A DNA stretch of 34,417 nt. It comes from Hydrurus foetidus. Lineage: Eukaryota. Below are positions 1 through 7,929 of the stretch, piece after piece; position 1 is the first letter of the stretch; the number at the start of each line of letters is the position of its first letter. The notes under the pieces are model-generated. The model did not search any database. It worked only from the letters and a program-made list of their open reading frames with translations, and was not told the DNA's origin. The position numbers and the translations under genes are program-made. The stretch is from assembly GCA_900617105.1 (NCBI GenBank), contig UYFQ01000179.1, positions 1 through 34,417 of the forward strand. The letters run 5' to 3'.

Positions 1-182
1 GCAATTTCTTAGCAAATTTTAGCCCTATGGAGATTTATGAATTTGCTAGCAAAAATAAACAGCAAAATCTACGATTACGAGCAATATTTAGAATTTAGTA
101 GCAATTTATTTTTTTCTCCGCAGCAAATTTTTTTTAGTAGCAAATTTTTTTTTGCCATTCCTATGTTCGTAATTTTCATAGA

Positions 183-313
183 ATGACGGTAACAGCTGTC
201 GCTTGAGTGGTCAGCTCCACTTGCCGTAATGTTGCTAGAGAGATAGCTCCGTATGACTTAGACTCTCAGCAGATACTGATGCAGTTAACTGTAAGCAAAG
301 CAATCGTGGTTGC
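183..313 (+). pseudogene. hAT transposase fragment 5' of the LTR insertion
   Basis: Frame TCRNVAREIAPYDLDSQQILMQLTVSKAIVV continues as AQKLESDSLTRFRDTLKVLQGCRL at 6959 once element 1 and one TTGC copy are removed. Confidence 0.55.
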
Positions 314-505
314 TGTAGCTCGAATGGGAAAAGGAAGAGGTGGAAGGCTAGAAGAGGTAGTTAGTTACAGCAGGAAGCTAGAAGCTAGGGTTAACTTCTA
401 CGTGGAGGCTGTAAGTGGCTACGACGATACAACAGACTGTAGTGTACGGTGGGTAGTGTACCGTAGTACTATCCGGTAGGATCGGGACCTTGAGGAACTA
501 CCACA
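314..505 (-). repeat. 3' LTR of element 1 (192 bp)
   Basis: Identical to 6759-6954 except one small indel patch (GACCTTGAGGAAC vs GACCTTGGACCCGGAAC). Confidence 0.97.
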
Positions 506-527
506 TACCCCACTTATCCTTCTTTCT
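506..527 (-). other. Polypurine tract of element 1
   Basis: Minus strand AGAAAGAAGGATAAGTGGGGTA immediately precedes the TGTGG start of the 3' LTR. Confidence 0.85.
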
Positions 528-849
528 CAAAGAAAATCTAAATAAACTAAACTATGGCGAAACCCCGTTTCTATGTTGAAAAATAACATGATAACATAAA
601 TGATAATGAATGAAAACCAAAAATATGTATGTTTTAAATGCGAAATTATATGAAGGGTTTCGGTTTCGGTGGAGAAAGATAAGGATAAGGGCGGTATGCC
701 AGAATCGTTCTGTTGTACGAGGGTCAAACGTAATTATGTCAGATTTTACTGACTAAAAACCATAAAAATCCCTCGTGGGCAAATCTTCAAAAGATAATAC
801 GCCTGCCTCGGTGGTTGATCCTCAATATTCCTGGGAACAAACGCGACAT

Positions 850-1020
850 GTTATTGTTCCTCAGTATACATGGAGTGCATCACAGAGCCGGAGATTCTTC
901 CGGCTCCCATGTATTATGTGAGTCATCATAGTTGAGCCATTTTACATGGAAACGACATCGTAGTCGGTTTCTTCTTATCACCCGAGTGATTAAGAACTTC
1001 TCAACGAAATACTCCATGTA
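850..1020 (-). pseudogene. Chromodomain at integrase C-terminus (frameshifted)
   Basis: Joining frames gives YMEYFVEKxLNHSGDKKKPTTMSFHVKWLNYDDSHNTWEPxKNLRLCDALHVY, matching the chromodomain pattern Y-x-VE...VKW-x-x-Y...NTWEP. Confidence 0.85.
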
Positions 1021-1153
1021 ATCGCGACGTGCTGCATCGGTATGCCCATCGAAGGTATCATAATTGAATATCTTAAGATTGTCACATGTACACTAATGTG
1101 TTAACCGCGAGAACATACTCGATCCTTCAAAATACAACAAAAATCTTTTCCAT

Positions 1154-2034
1154 TTAGTGTGTAGTCGAGTTGGAGGGTGTTCTTGTTTTACCAAGACATA
1201 CGACCCTATAGGAAACACTGTCAAACCGGATGTCGACTTTTGTGTTTTTCATCACATTTTGAAGTGAGTCGATTGCTGCATCGAGGACTTTGTCCTGTAT
1301 CTCGATTAAATCAGCAATATATGTTGAATTTGATGATGATACCACTGGTAACAAATGAGGTGTTAAAATTCCTCGATTCAAATCAAGTTTATCCGCAAAT
1401 AGGATAGATGCTGGACTTGCACCCGTACGTTTATTAACTGAACTATTTATATTCGTTGTACGAACGGAATGCATTTTGCATAATTGGACAAGGGACGGTG
1501 TATCGAACACCAATCCTTTCAAATGTCTATTTATCTCTTTATTGACTCGTTCAACAATCGCATTCTCTTGAGAAGAGTAAGCTAGAGTGAGATTATGGGG
1601 CGTCCCCGTAAGATCTAAGAACTCTTTATGAGATCATTAGCGAAATGGGATCCACGATCCGATCTTATCATGTTTGGCGAACCAAATCGACCAAAATGTG
1701 TTAATAAATTCTCCGCTGCAGATTCGGCAGTAGCGTCCTTACACCAGAACATTTCTGTCCATCTGGAGAAGGTGTCAATTATGACGAGAATATACCCCTT
1801 ATCGGGAAAAGGACCCACAAAGTCAATATTCAACGTATCGAAAATTGCGTGAGTAGAAGTTGAAAAATGGGCTGCATTGATTTTCGCATCAACCGCACTT
1901 AGTTTTTGACAACACGGACAGTTTCGTATGTATGAACGTACGTGCTGTTTCATATTTTCCACACTTGGTTTAGACTGTAAAGTCGAGTGAGGGTTCGGTC
2001 GACACCGTTGTGACCAACAATTGCATTGTGGCAC
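1154..2034 (-). pseudogene. Integrase of element 1 (split by 1-bp frameshifts)
   Basis: HHCC zinc motif (HNAIVGH...CPCC), DFVGP, IDTFSRW, IRSDRGSHF, and QENAIVERVNK in the next frame (D,D35E core). Confidence 0.93.
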
Positions 2035-3371
2035 ATTTGAATATGAAGTATTTGTTCATCTGTGGCCGGTTCGATGACCGTTAAAGCCGCCACACTTGTG
2101 GAAGAAGATGTAGATGATGATGAACAATCATCTTTGACAATTGTCAATGGTAGAGCAATCTCAGTAAGATTCGGACATAAACGTGACAGCGCATCGGCTA
2201 GTTCGTTATCAGATCCTTTAACAAAATGAACGGTGAAATCTAGTTCTTGCATTGCAATGAACCACCGTGCTACCATCGAAGTAGGATTTTGTTTCATATA
2301 TGTCAAATTCATATGATCAGTATGAATAGTGAATTTTCGATCTCGGATAAGGTAATCCAATTGTTGGCAACAATAAAAGATAGCGTAAGCCTCCTTTTGT
2401 ATTGTTGACCAATTAATCTGAGTTGCAGATAAAGATTTGCTAATAAAAGCGATTGGTTTCCATGAGTCATTAATGACTTGGAATAATACACCACCGATTC
2501 CATAATCAGATGCATCAGTATATAATCTGATGGGTGAAGTTTCGTCGATGAAATACATCAATGGACAACGAGATACAGCGATCTTTGTCTCATTGAATGC
2601 GTTTTTCCCCTCGAGGGTCCAAAAAATTGGAGAGCGTTTAACCGCTTTTGGATCCACCATCATGTGAAGTGGTTTTACCATTTCTGAGTGAAAAGGAACG
2701 AATTGACGGAAATAATTGGCTAAGCCAAGGAATCCCCGTAATGCCGTAACTTCTTTTGGAAGTGGAAAGTTGAGAACTGTCTCAATCTTTTCTTTCGACA
2801 TGGATAATCCATCTTTGTCGATGACTCGTCCGACGTACTCGATACGTTTAAGACCGAATCGGCATTTCTTTGCTTTGAGTTTAAGATTTTTAAGCCGAAA
2901 TCTCTCAAAGACTTTCCTCAAGTTCAAAAGAAACTCTGCTTCGCCCCGGCCATATACAATGCAATCGTCGAGGTACATCTCGCAACAGCTGTATATGAGA
3001 CCGTGAAGGACCGTTGTCACCATCTGCTCTTGAAAGTAAGAGGGGGCACGACAAGGGCCAAAAGGCAATCTTGTGAATTGAAACACCCCCATGAAACATA
3101 TAAATGCCGTATAGATTCGGTGGGGTGTATATAAGGGAGCTTGATGGTAACCCGCGGTTAAATCCATCACCCCATAAATATCCGGTTTTCGATTACCGAT
3201 CCTCTCAAAGAGGTGTTTGATATTTGGTAGTGGAAAGGAGGCCGGCTCAATGCATTCATTGAGTGCGCGATAATCGATGCAGGTTCGATATGTATCGGCT
3301 GTCTTATTTACCATTACAGGATGACTGTAGTATGCAGCGTTCGACCTCTCGATCACACCATCTTCCAACAT
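1950..3371 (-). CDS. pol: Reverse transcriptase / RNase H of element 1 pol
   Basis: CIDYRALN, MDLTAGYHQ, RLPFG, YLDDCIV, LRGFLGLANYFR, LYTDASDYGIGGVL, EAYAI, TDH, NELADALSR. Confidence 0.97.
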   Translation of the reverse strand: MLEDGVIERSNAAYYSHPVMVNKTADTYRTCIDYRALNECIEPASFPLPNIKHLFERIGNRKPDIYGVMDLTAGYHQAPLYTPHRIYTAFICFMGVFQFTRLPFGPCRAPSYFQEQMVTTVLHGLIYSCCEMYLDDCIVYGRGEAEFLLNLRKVFERFRLKNLKLKAKKCRFGLKRIEYVGRVIDKDGLSMSKEKIETVLNFPLPKEVTALRGFLGLANYFRQFVPFHSEMVKPLHMMVDPKAVKRSPIFWTLEGKNAFNETKIAVSRCPLMYFIDETSPIRLYTDASDYGIGGVLFQVINDSWKPIAFISKSLSATQINWSTIQKEAYAIFYCCQQLDYLIRDRKFTIHTDHMNLTYMKQNPTSMVARWFIAMQELDFTVHFVKGSDNELADALSRLCPNLTEIALPLTIVKDDCSSSSTSSSTSVAALTVIEPATDEQILHIQMCHNAIVGHNGVDRTLTRLYSLNQVWKI

Positions 3372-3468
3372 CTCTTCGATAGAAGTGCGGAGATAATGTT
3401 CCTTTTAGAGGATTGGGGTCGCACGGGTGCGTGGTTCGATGGAACCTCCCATTTCTGCCGTGGCAGGT

Positions 3469-5517
3469 TTATCTCAAACGGCTTGAGGTCAGCAGCTTGC
3501 GGGCTAGCTTATCACTGAATATATCAGCGAATTCAGAACAGAGAGTACGGAGATCCTTTTGAAGGCTTTCATCTCCTTCAAAATGAATCTGAGACAAGAA
3601 ATCATCCGGCCCGTTGGGCGGTACATTCCGGCACGTCTTGTCACGCAAGAAAGGTGCGAAGGTATCAGTTTTATCATCGTCAATCTCGTCAACGGAGAGT
3701 GCGACACCGCTTGGCCATATGGCTTCCACGTCATAGTCTGATGTAACTGTGTCCCCAGAGGTATGTGTGAGGATGGGAATCGAGTCACCATCTAGGTGCG
3801 GGGTATCACCCGTACGTTTCGCGAGTACAGTCGAGACACTGTCCAGTCGCTGACAACCCACATCACCACATGGACTTTGGGTAGCTACTCCCTTGGTACC
3901 ATCCTGGGTAACGTTACACGTGAACGTTGTATGACAATCTGACCCTACGACTTCCTTGGTTAGAGGTGCGTGCAGAATGGCCTTCTTAGGTGTTGGCATT
4001 GGGCAGAGACCGTATGGTTCTCTCCGATTCGAAAGTCTTGCTTTGGTGATACCCTTTAACATATCGTATGTAGGTGTAATCGACTCCACTTCCGGTTCGT
4101 CGGGTATAAAACCCTCAGATATCATACGTCTGGTGTACTTGTGCCAGTGAAGTGGGTCAAGCTTGGCTATCGCTTCCCTTTCTTCAAACTCGAGCCAACG
4201 AGCATCACGCTTCCTTTTGTTCTCGGCACTAAGCTCGGGAGAAATACCAAAAGCGAAAGGTGTTAATGACATAAAATCATATTTATTTACAGTTTTTCGA
4301 CTTAGTAAAAGTTCAATGTCTGTGTTCCTATTAACCCGCATCGTTAAAGGGATGGTATGACATTCGCCGTCATAAGAGTGAAATTTAAGAATTAAATCAA
4401 TCATTTCGTTATTTATATAGCACTGGCCATCGAGACCAGAGCAAACAGTAATGGGTTTAGAAGCTTTATAACAGTCATGTTTAGCATTCAACTTATCAAT
4501 CATCGTGAAAGAAATAAAATCCTCGGAGTAATTGGCGGTATCGAGTACGGCCTTGCCCACAACGCGTCGTACGCTAGATTGGCGCTCCATATTCTTATCC
4601 TGTATCAAAACCGTTACGTTGAGATGATCAGAAGGTAGAATTGATGGATCATGCAAAAATTCATCGGGAATAAATGCTGGAATGACCGATGCAGTAATGC
4701 ATGATACTGAATGTTCCATGTCAGTGACATCAGATGAATCGACATCAGGATCATATGTACCTTGTTGGTTTGCAGAGCCGTTGCTCGCGTTGTTATCCCC
4801 TTGGGGTGGGTTGTATCGACCCCCTCGAGGGTTTTTACCTTGATACCCTCTGCCACCACCTTGGTTGCCCGTAGGACCAGGGTTCCCTTGGTTGCGGTTT
4901 TGGTTACTTTGGTTTCCGTAACCTTGGTTGTTGTGGTTTCCGGAACCTTGGTTCTGGTTACCTTGGTTTTGATTCCCACGGTTTCCCGAACCTTGGTTTT
5001 GGTTTCCCTGGTTTGGGTTGAACCCCTTACCTCCACCCTGGTTACCCTTGTGCTTCTTGTTATTGCACATCAAGTAAGGGGGTGCCCCTGCAGGGTGGAA
5101 TCTCTCCCTGGTTTCGAACCCAGGTAGGATGAGTCTTTCCTGCCACATAACTTCCCCTTGTGCCAGCCATGCCTTACCTACAAACGAATCAGACCAGTTA
5201 CAGCCGTGATCGTTGTTGGTATCGGAATAGTACATGACTGTACAATCTGATAGAATATGTGCAGGGTTTCCGCATGAGCGACAAACCCGGGCAGCGGATA
5301 CTAACGGTTCGTCAAGTGTCGAACGTACCGCCAGGTTGCTACTCCCACTTGGGATATCTACATCACGGATAGCCAGTGTGCTCGCCCGCTTTTTAGTAGA
5401 GCGGGGAGGAGGGACTGCTGTACTCGGAAACGAGTAGACAATGTCAGGGTTGCCATAACTCCTGCTCATGTGAATTGCGTCGCGAGCCGCCGTGACGACC
5501 GCGATAATGCGCAGCAT
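3469..5517 (-). CDS. Gag C-terminal part with zinc knuckle, G/N/Q-rich linker and aspartic protease (element 1)
   Basis: CRSCGNPAHILSDC = CX2CX4HX4C; AVLDTANYSEDFIS protease motif; 682-aa ORF. Confidence 0.9.
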   Translation of the reverse strand: MLRIIAVVTAARDAIHMSRSYGNPDIVYSFPSTAVPPPRSTKKRASTLAIRDVDIPSGSSNLAVRSTLDEPLVSAARVCRSCGNPAHILSDCTVMYYSDTNNDHGCNWSDSFVGKAWLAQGEVMWQERLILPGFETRERFHPAGAPPYLMCNNKKHKGNQGGGKGFNPNQGNQNQGSGNRGNQNQGNQNQGSGNHNNQGYGNQSNQNRNQGNPGPTGNQGGGRGYQGKNPRGGRYNPPQGDNNASNGSANQQGTYDPDVDSSDVTDMEHSVSCITASVIPAFIPDEFLHDPSILPSDHLNVTVLIQDKNMERQSSVRRVVGKAVLDTANYSEDFISFTMIDKLNAKHDCYKASKPITVCSGLDGQCYINNEMIDLILKFHSYDGECHTIPLTMRVNRNTDIELLLSRKTVNKYDFMSLTPFAFGISPELSAENKRKRDARWLEFEEREAIAKLDPLHWHKYTRRMISEGFIPDEPEVESITPTYDMLKGITKARLSNRREPYGLCPMPTPKKAILHAPLTKEVVGSDCHTTFTCNVTQDGTKGVATQSPCGDVGCQRLDSVSTVLAKRTGDTPHLDGDSIPILTHTSGDTVTSDYDVEAIWPSGVALSVDEIDDDKTDTFAPFLRDKTCRNVPPNGPDDFLSQIHFEGDESLQKDLRTLCSEFADIFSDKLARKLLTSSRLR

Positions 5518-6182
5518 GGCGACTTCCCACGTCTTGGGGACTCATTGTCACGTGCTTTATGAGCGACGTAATCACCCAAGATTCGGCTCCCTCGAGGGAG
5601 TCGTTTCTCAAGAATCGCTATCAACTCGGCATGCTGAGATGCGGTGATATGACGGACACGTTCGTGATCCGTGGCGATCTCTTTGTACGCCATGTACGTT
5701 ACTAACTCTTCCTCATCGGAGGAAAGAGAATAGTGGAAAGGGACCTTAGCAAACAGTTCTGCTAAGGTATGATCCCCTTGTTTGTTCTTGCAAAAGTATT
5801 GCATTACCAACTTGCCAACACTCTCTATCGGAAGGAGGTTTTGCCAATTAAGGCGTTGCTCGTTGGTAATAACTGCCAGTGTCGACTGATCAGTTAAGAT
5901 TTTAACATGAAGCAAATCGATTGCTTGACGTTGCATGCATTGCTTAATATGCAAGTGAGGTAAGCGTTGTGCTTGCTCATAGAATTCTTCAGCATCCTGC
6001 GGAGTAATATAATCTCCCCGTAGGATGAATATCTCACGCTGGATCTGAAGCGTCTGGGGAAAACCCATGCTTGACGATTGTGAGCTTTGTGAGATGTTAA
6101 GGATGTTTCCTTCCTCATCAACCTCATGCTCGTTCTCTGGCTCATTTGGCTCAGGCTCAGGATGTAGACCCTCGTCTTCCAT
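5466..6182 (-). CDS. gag: Gag N-terminal part of element 1 (joined to the next ORF by a frameshift near 5540)
   Basis: First long ORF downstream of the 5' LTR; the alternative frame reads PKTWEVAMLRII into the 682-aa ORF. Confidence 0.75.
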   Translation of the reverse strand: MEDEGLHPEPEPNEPENEHEVDEEGNILNISQSSQSSSMGFPQTLQIQREIFILRGDYITPQDAEEFYEQAQRLPHLHIKQCMQRQAIDLLHVKILTDQSTLAVITNEQRLNWQNLLPIESVGKLVMQYFCKNKQGDHTLAELFAKVPFHYSLSSDEEELVTYMAYKEIATDHERVRHITASQHAELIAILEKRLPRGSRILGDYVAHKARDNESPRRGKSPCCALSRSSRRLATQFT

Positions 6183-6747
6183 CTCCTATCGTAGGATGAG
6201 CAATCGATATAAATCGAATTGTATCGAAGCGCGGACGAGCTTTCCTCGTCAAAAATTTTTGCGAGAGCTTCGCCTCGTTCGCGTATCGAGTACTTTACGC
6301 AAGTAACAGCGAATGAGATGATTTCAACCCACTCTTGTCGAGAAAAATTCTATGGCGTCGAAGCCGAATTTTGGGTGATAAAAATTTTGGTGTCCTGTTA
6401 AGGATGAAGGAAGAACTTCCTGTCGACCAAAAGACGTCCTTAGACTAATCTGATGTCTCTAGCAGTGGAACCGGTGTCCAAATTGCCAGTGGAGAACTCC
6501 TTAATTTCGAGTTGGGAAGCCTCTCGCGACTTCGACCAAAAACGAACTTTTGAAAACACCTTTCGGAGGGTTTCAAGCAGGAAGCGGCTATGCCAAACTC
6601 CTGTAAACTTAAACTAAGTTCTCGGAGCTTCGGGCTCAGCGAGAAAACGACTCCTCGGAAGTCGTGGAGTGAGTATACTCCTTTGGAAGTCTATCTAAAG
6701 TTTGGGACGAGTAGATGGGTAGAAAAGAAGAGAAGGAGGATGAGCGG

Positions 6748-6759
6748 AATAGCGCTATT
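6748..6759 (-). other. Palindromic PBS-position motif AATAGCGCTATT (element 1)
   Basis: Perfect 12-bp palindrome overlapping the terminal A of the 5' LTR; no TGG tRNA-type PBS. Confidence 0.85.
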
Positions 6760-6954
6760 GTAGCTCGAATGGGAAAAGGAAGAGGTGGAAGGCTAGAAGA
6801 GGTAGTTAGTTACAGCAGGAAGCTAGAAGCTAGGGTTAACTTCTACGTGGAGGCTGTAAGTGGCTACGACGATACAACAGACTGTAGTGTACGGTGGGTA
6901 GTGTACCGTAGTACTATCCGGTAGGATCGGGACCTTGGACCCGGAACTACCACA
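6759..6954 (-). repeat. 5' LTR of element 1 (196 bp)
   Basis: Direct repeat of 314-505 with TG..CA termini. Confidence 0.97.
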
Positions 6955-6958
6955 TTGC

Positions 6959-7296
6959 TCAGAAGCTTGAATCAGACAGTTTGACTCGCTTCAGGGATAC
7001 GTTGAAGGTGCTCCAAGGGTGCCGTCTCTAGGATATTAATTTGTGAGAAATACGACGCTAGGATTTGTGATGGGTGGTCCTTCTGGAGGAGATACTACGA
7101 CTCCCTTCCGTTATGGTACAAAGGAGCTGCTGAAGTTGCTCTGGTGATGTGCTCTAGCGCCTCTGTCGAAAGAGTATTTTCACAACTGAATTGCATGTTT
7201 GATAAGCACCAACAACAAGCACTTAATGATTATAAGGAAGCCTCAATTAAGATTGGGTACAACGAGAACTATCGTGATAAAAAGCAGTACGCATAA
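6959..7296 (+). pseudogene. hAT transposase C-terminal dimerisation region (stops and deletions present)
   Basis: WSFWRRYYDSLPLWYKGAAEVALVMCSSASVERVFSQLNCMF; SSASVERVFS is the hAT dimerisation-domain signature. Confidence 0.85.
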
Positions 7297-7304
7297 CACG
7301 TAAC

Positions 7305-7497
7305 AGTGGCAAATTGAACATTTTAGGTAACAAACTTTATGTTTCAGTAGCAAATTTATTCTAATAGTGGCAAATTGAACATTTTAGGTAACAAACTTTA
7401 TGTTTCAGTAGCAAATTTATTCTAATAGTGGCAAATTGAACATTTTAGGTAGCAAATTTCATGTTTTAGTAGCAAATTTATTCTAATAGTGGCAAAT
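7305..7497 (+). repeat. 61-bp tandem repeat, ~3.2 copies, in hAT subterminal region
   Basis: AGTGGCAAAT recurs at 7305, 7366, 7427 and 7488. Confidence 0.92.
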
Positions 7498-7929
7498 AAA
7501 AAGAAATTTTGGAGCAAAATAGTGCCAAAATAGTCCTAAAAAGCAGCAACTATTTGCTAGCAAAATTCTGAAAAGTCAGTAGCATAATCGCGAAAAGCAA
7601 AGCTCAGCCTGTAATCCGTGTGCGCGTTTGCCCTAAAATATGAATATTTGGCCATTTTTGGCGAATACAAATAAAGAGGCACTTGACAGTATCTTTTTGT
7701 ATTTTGCGTCTTCTGCGGGGATACTTCTTCATCTCTTGTCTTCAGTGAGGGAGTCAGTCTGCAGTCTGTAACTTTTGTTAACCGACTCGTCGAGAGTCTG
7801 GCGAGCGTCTTTGCAGTGCGGACGTGTTGTGCGGTAGCTGCCGACTTATTTCACCGCAATTAATGAGTAGCAGCGCAATCGCATGGTCATTTAAGAACAC
7901 ATTTTTAGTTGCCCACAGCCAGAAAGGTC

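Larger units (their letters stand above)
314..6954 (-). mobile_element. Full-length Ty3/Gypsy LTR retrotransposon with chromodomain integrase (element 1)
   Basis: TG..CA direct repeats 314-505 and 6759-6954; TSD TTGC at 310-313 and 6955-6958; domain order gag(CCHC)-PR-RT-RH-IN-chromo; PPT next to the 3' LTR. Confidence 0.97.
1..7611 (+). mobile_element. Degenerate hAT-superfamily DNA transposon (left end outside window), interrupted by LTR element 1
   Basis: hAT C-terminal dimerisation-like peptide at 7048-7296; (T)AGCAAA(T) motif arrays on both sides of the LTR element (1-150 and 7300-7600); putative right terminus ...GCAAAGCTCAGCCTG at 7611 (reverse complement starts CAGGC, hAT-like). Confidence 0.7.

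Noticed and set aside
207..479. 90-aa ORF and its twin at 6715-6924
   Set aside because: The shared peptide is simply the LTR read antisense; a chimera of flank and LTR.
5466..5560. Programmed ribosomal frameshift between the two gag ORFs
   Set aside because: It falls mid-gag before the zinc knuckle, I see no slippery heptamer, and similar 1-bp shifts occur throughout the element.
6759..6954. Tf1-type self-priming by PBS pairing with an LTR-internal sequence
   Set aside because: No convincing complement of the post-LTR sequence found within the LTR; only a short partial match (CTATCCG).
7305..7497. Regular repeats (also 16824-17083, 22116-22230, 25386-25576) as CRISPR arrays
   Set aside because: Head-to-tail tandem units with no unique spacers, no cas genes, eukaryotic context.
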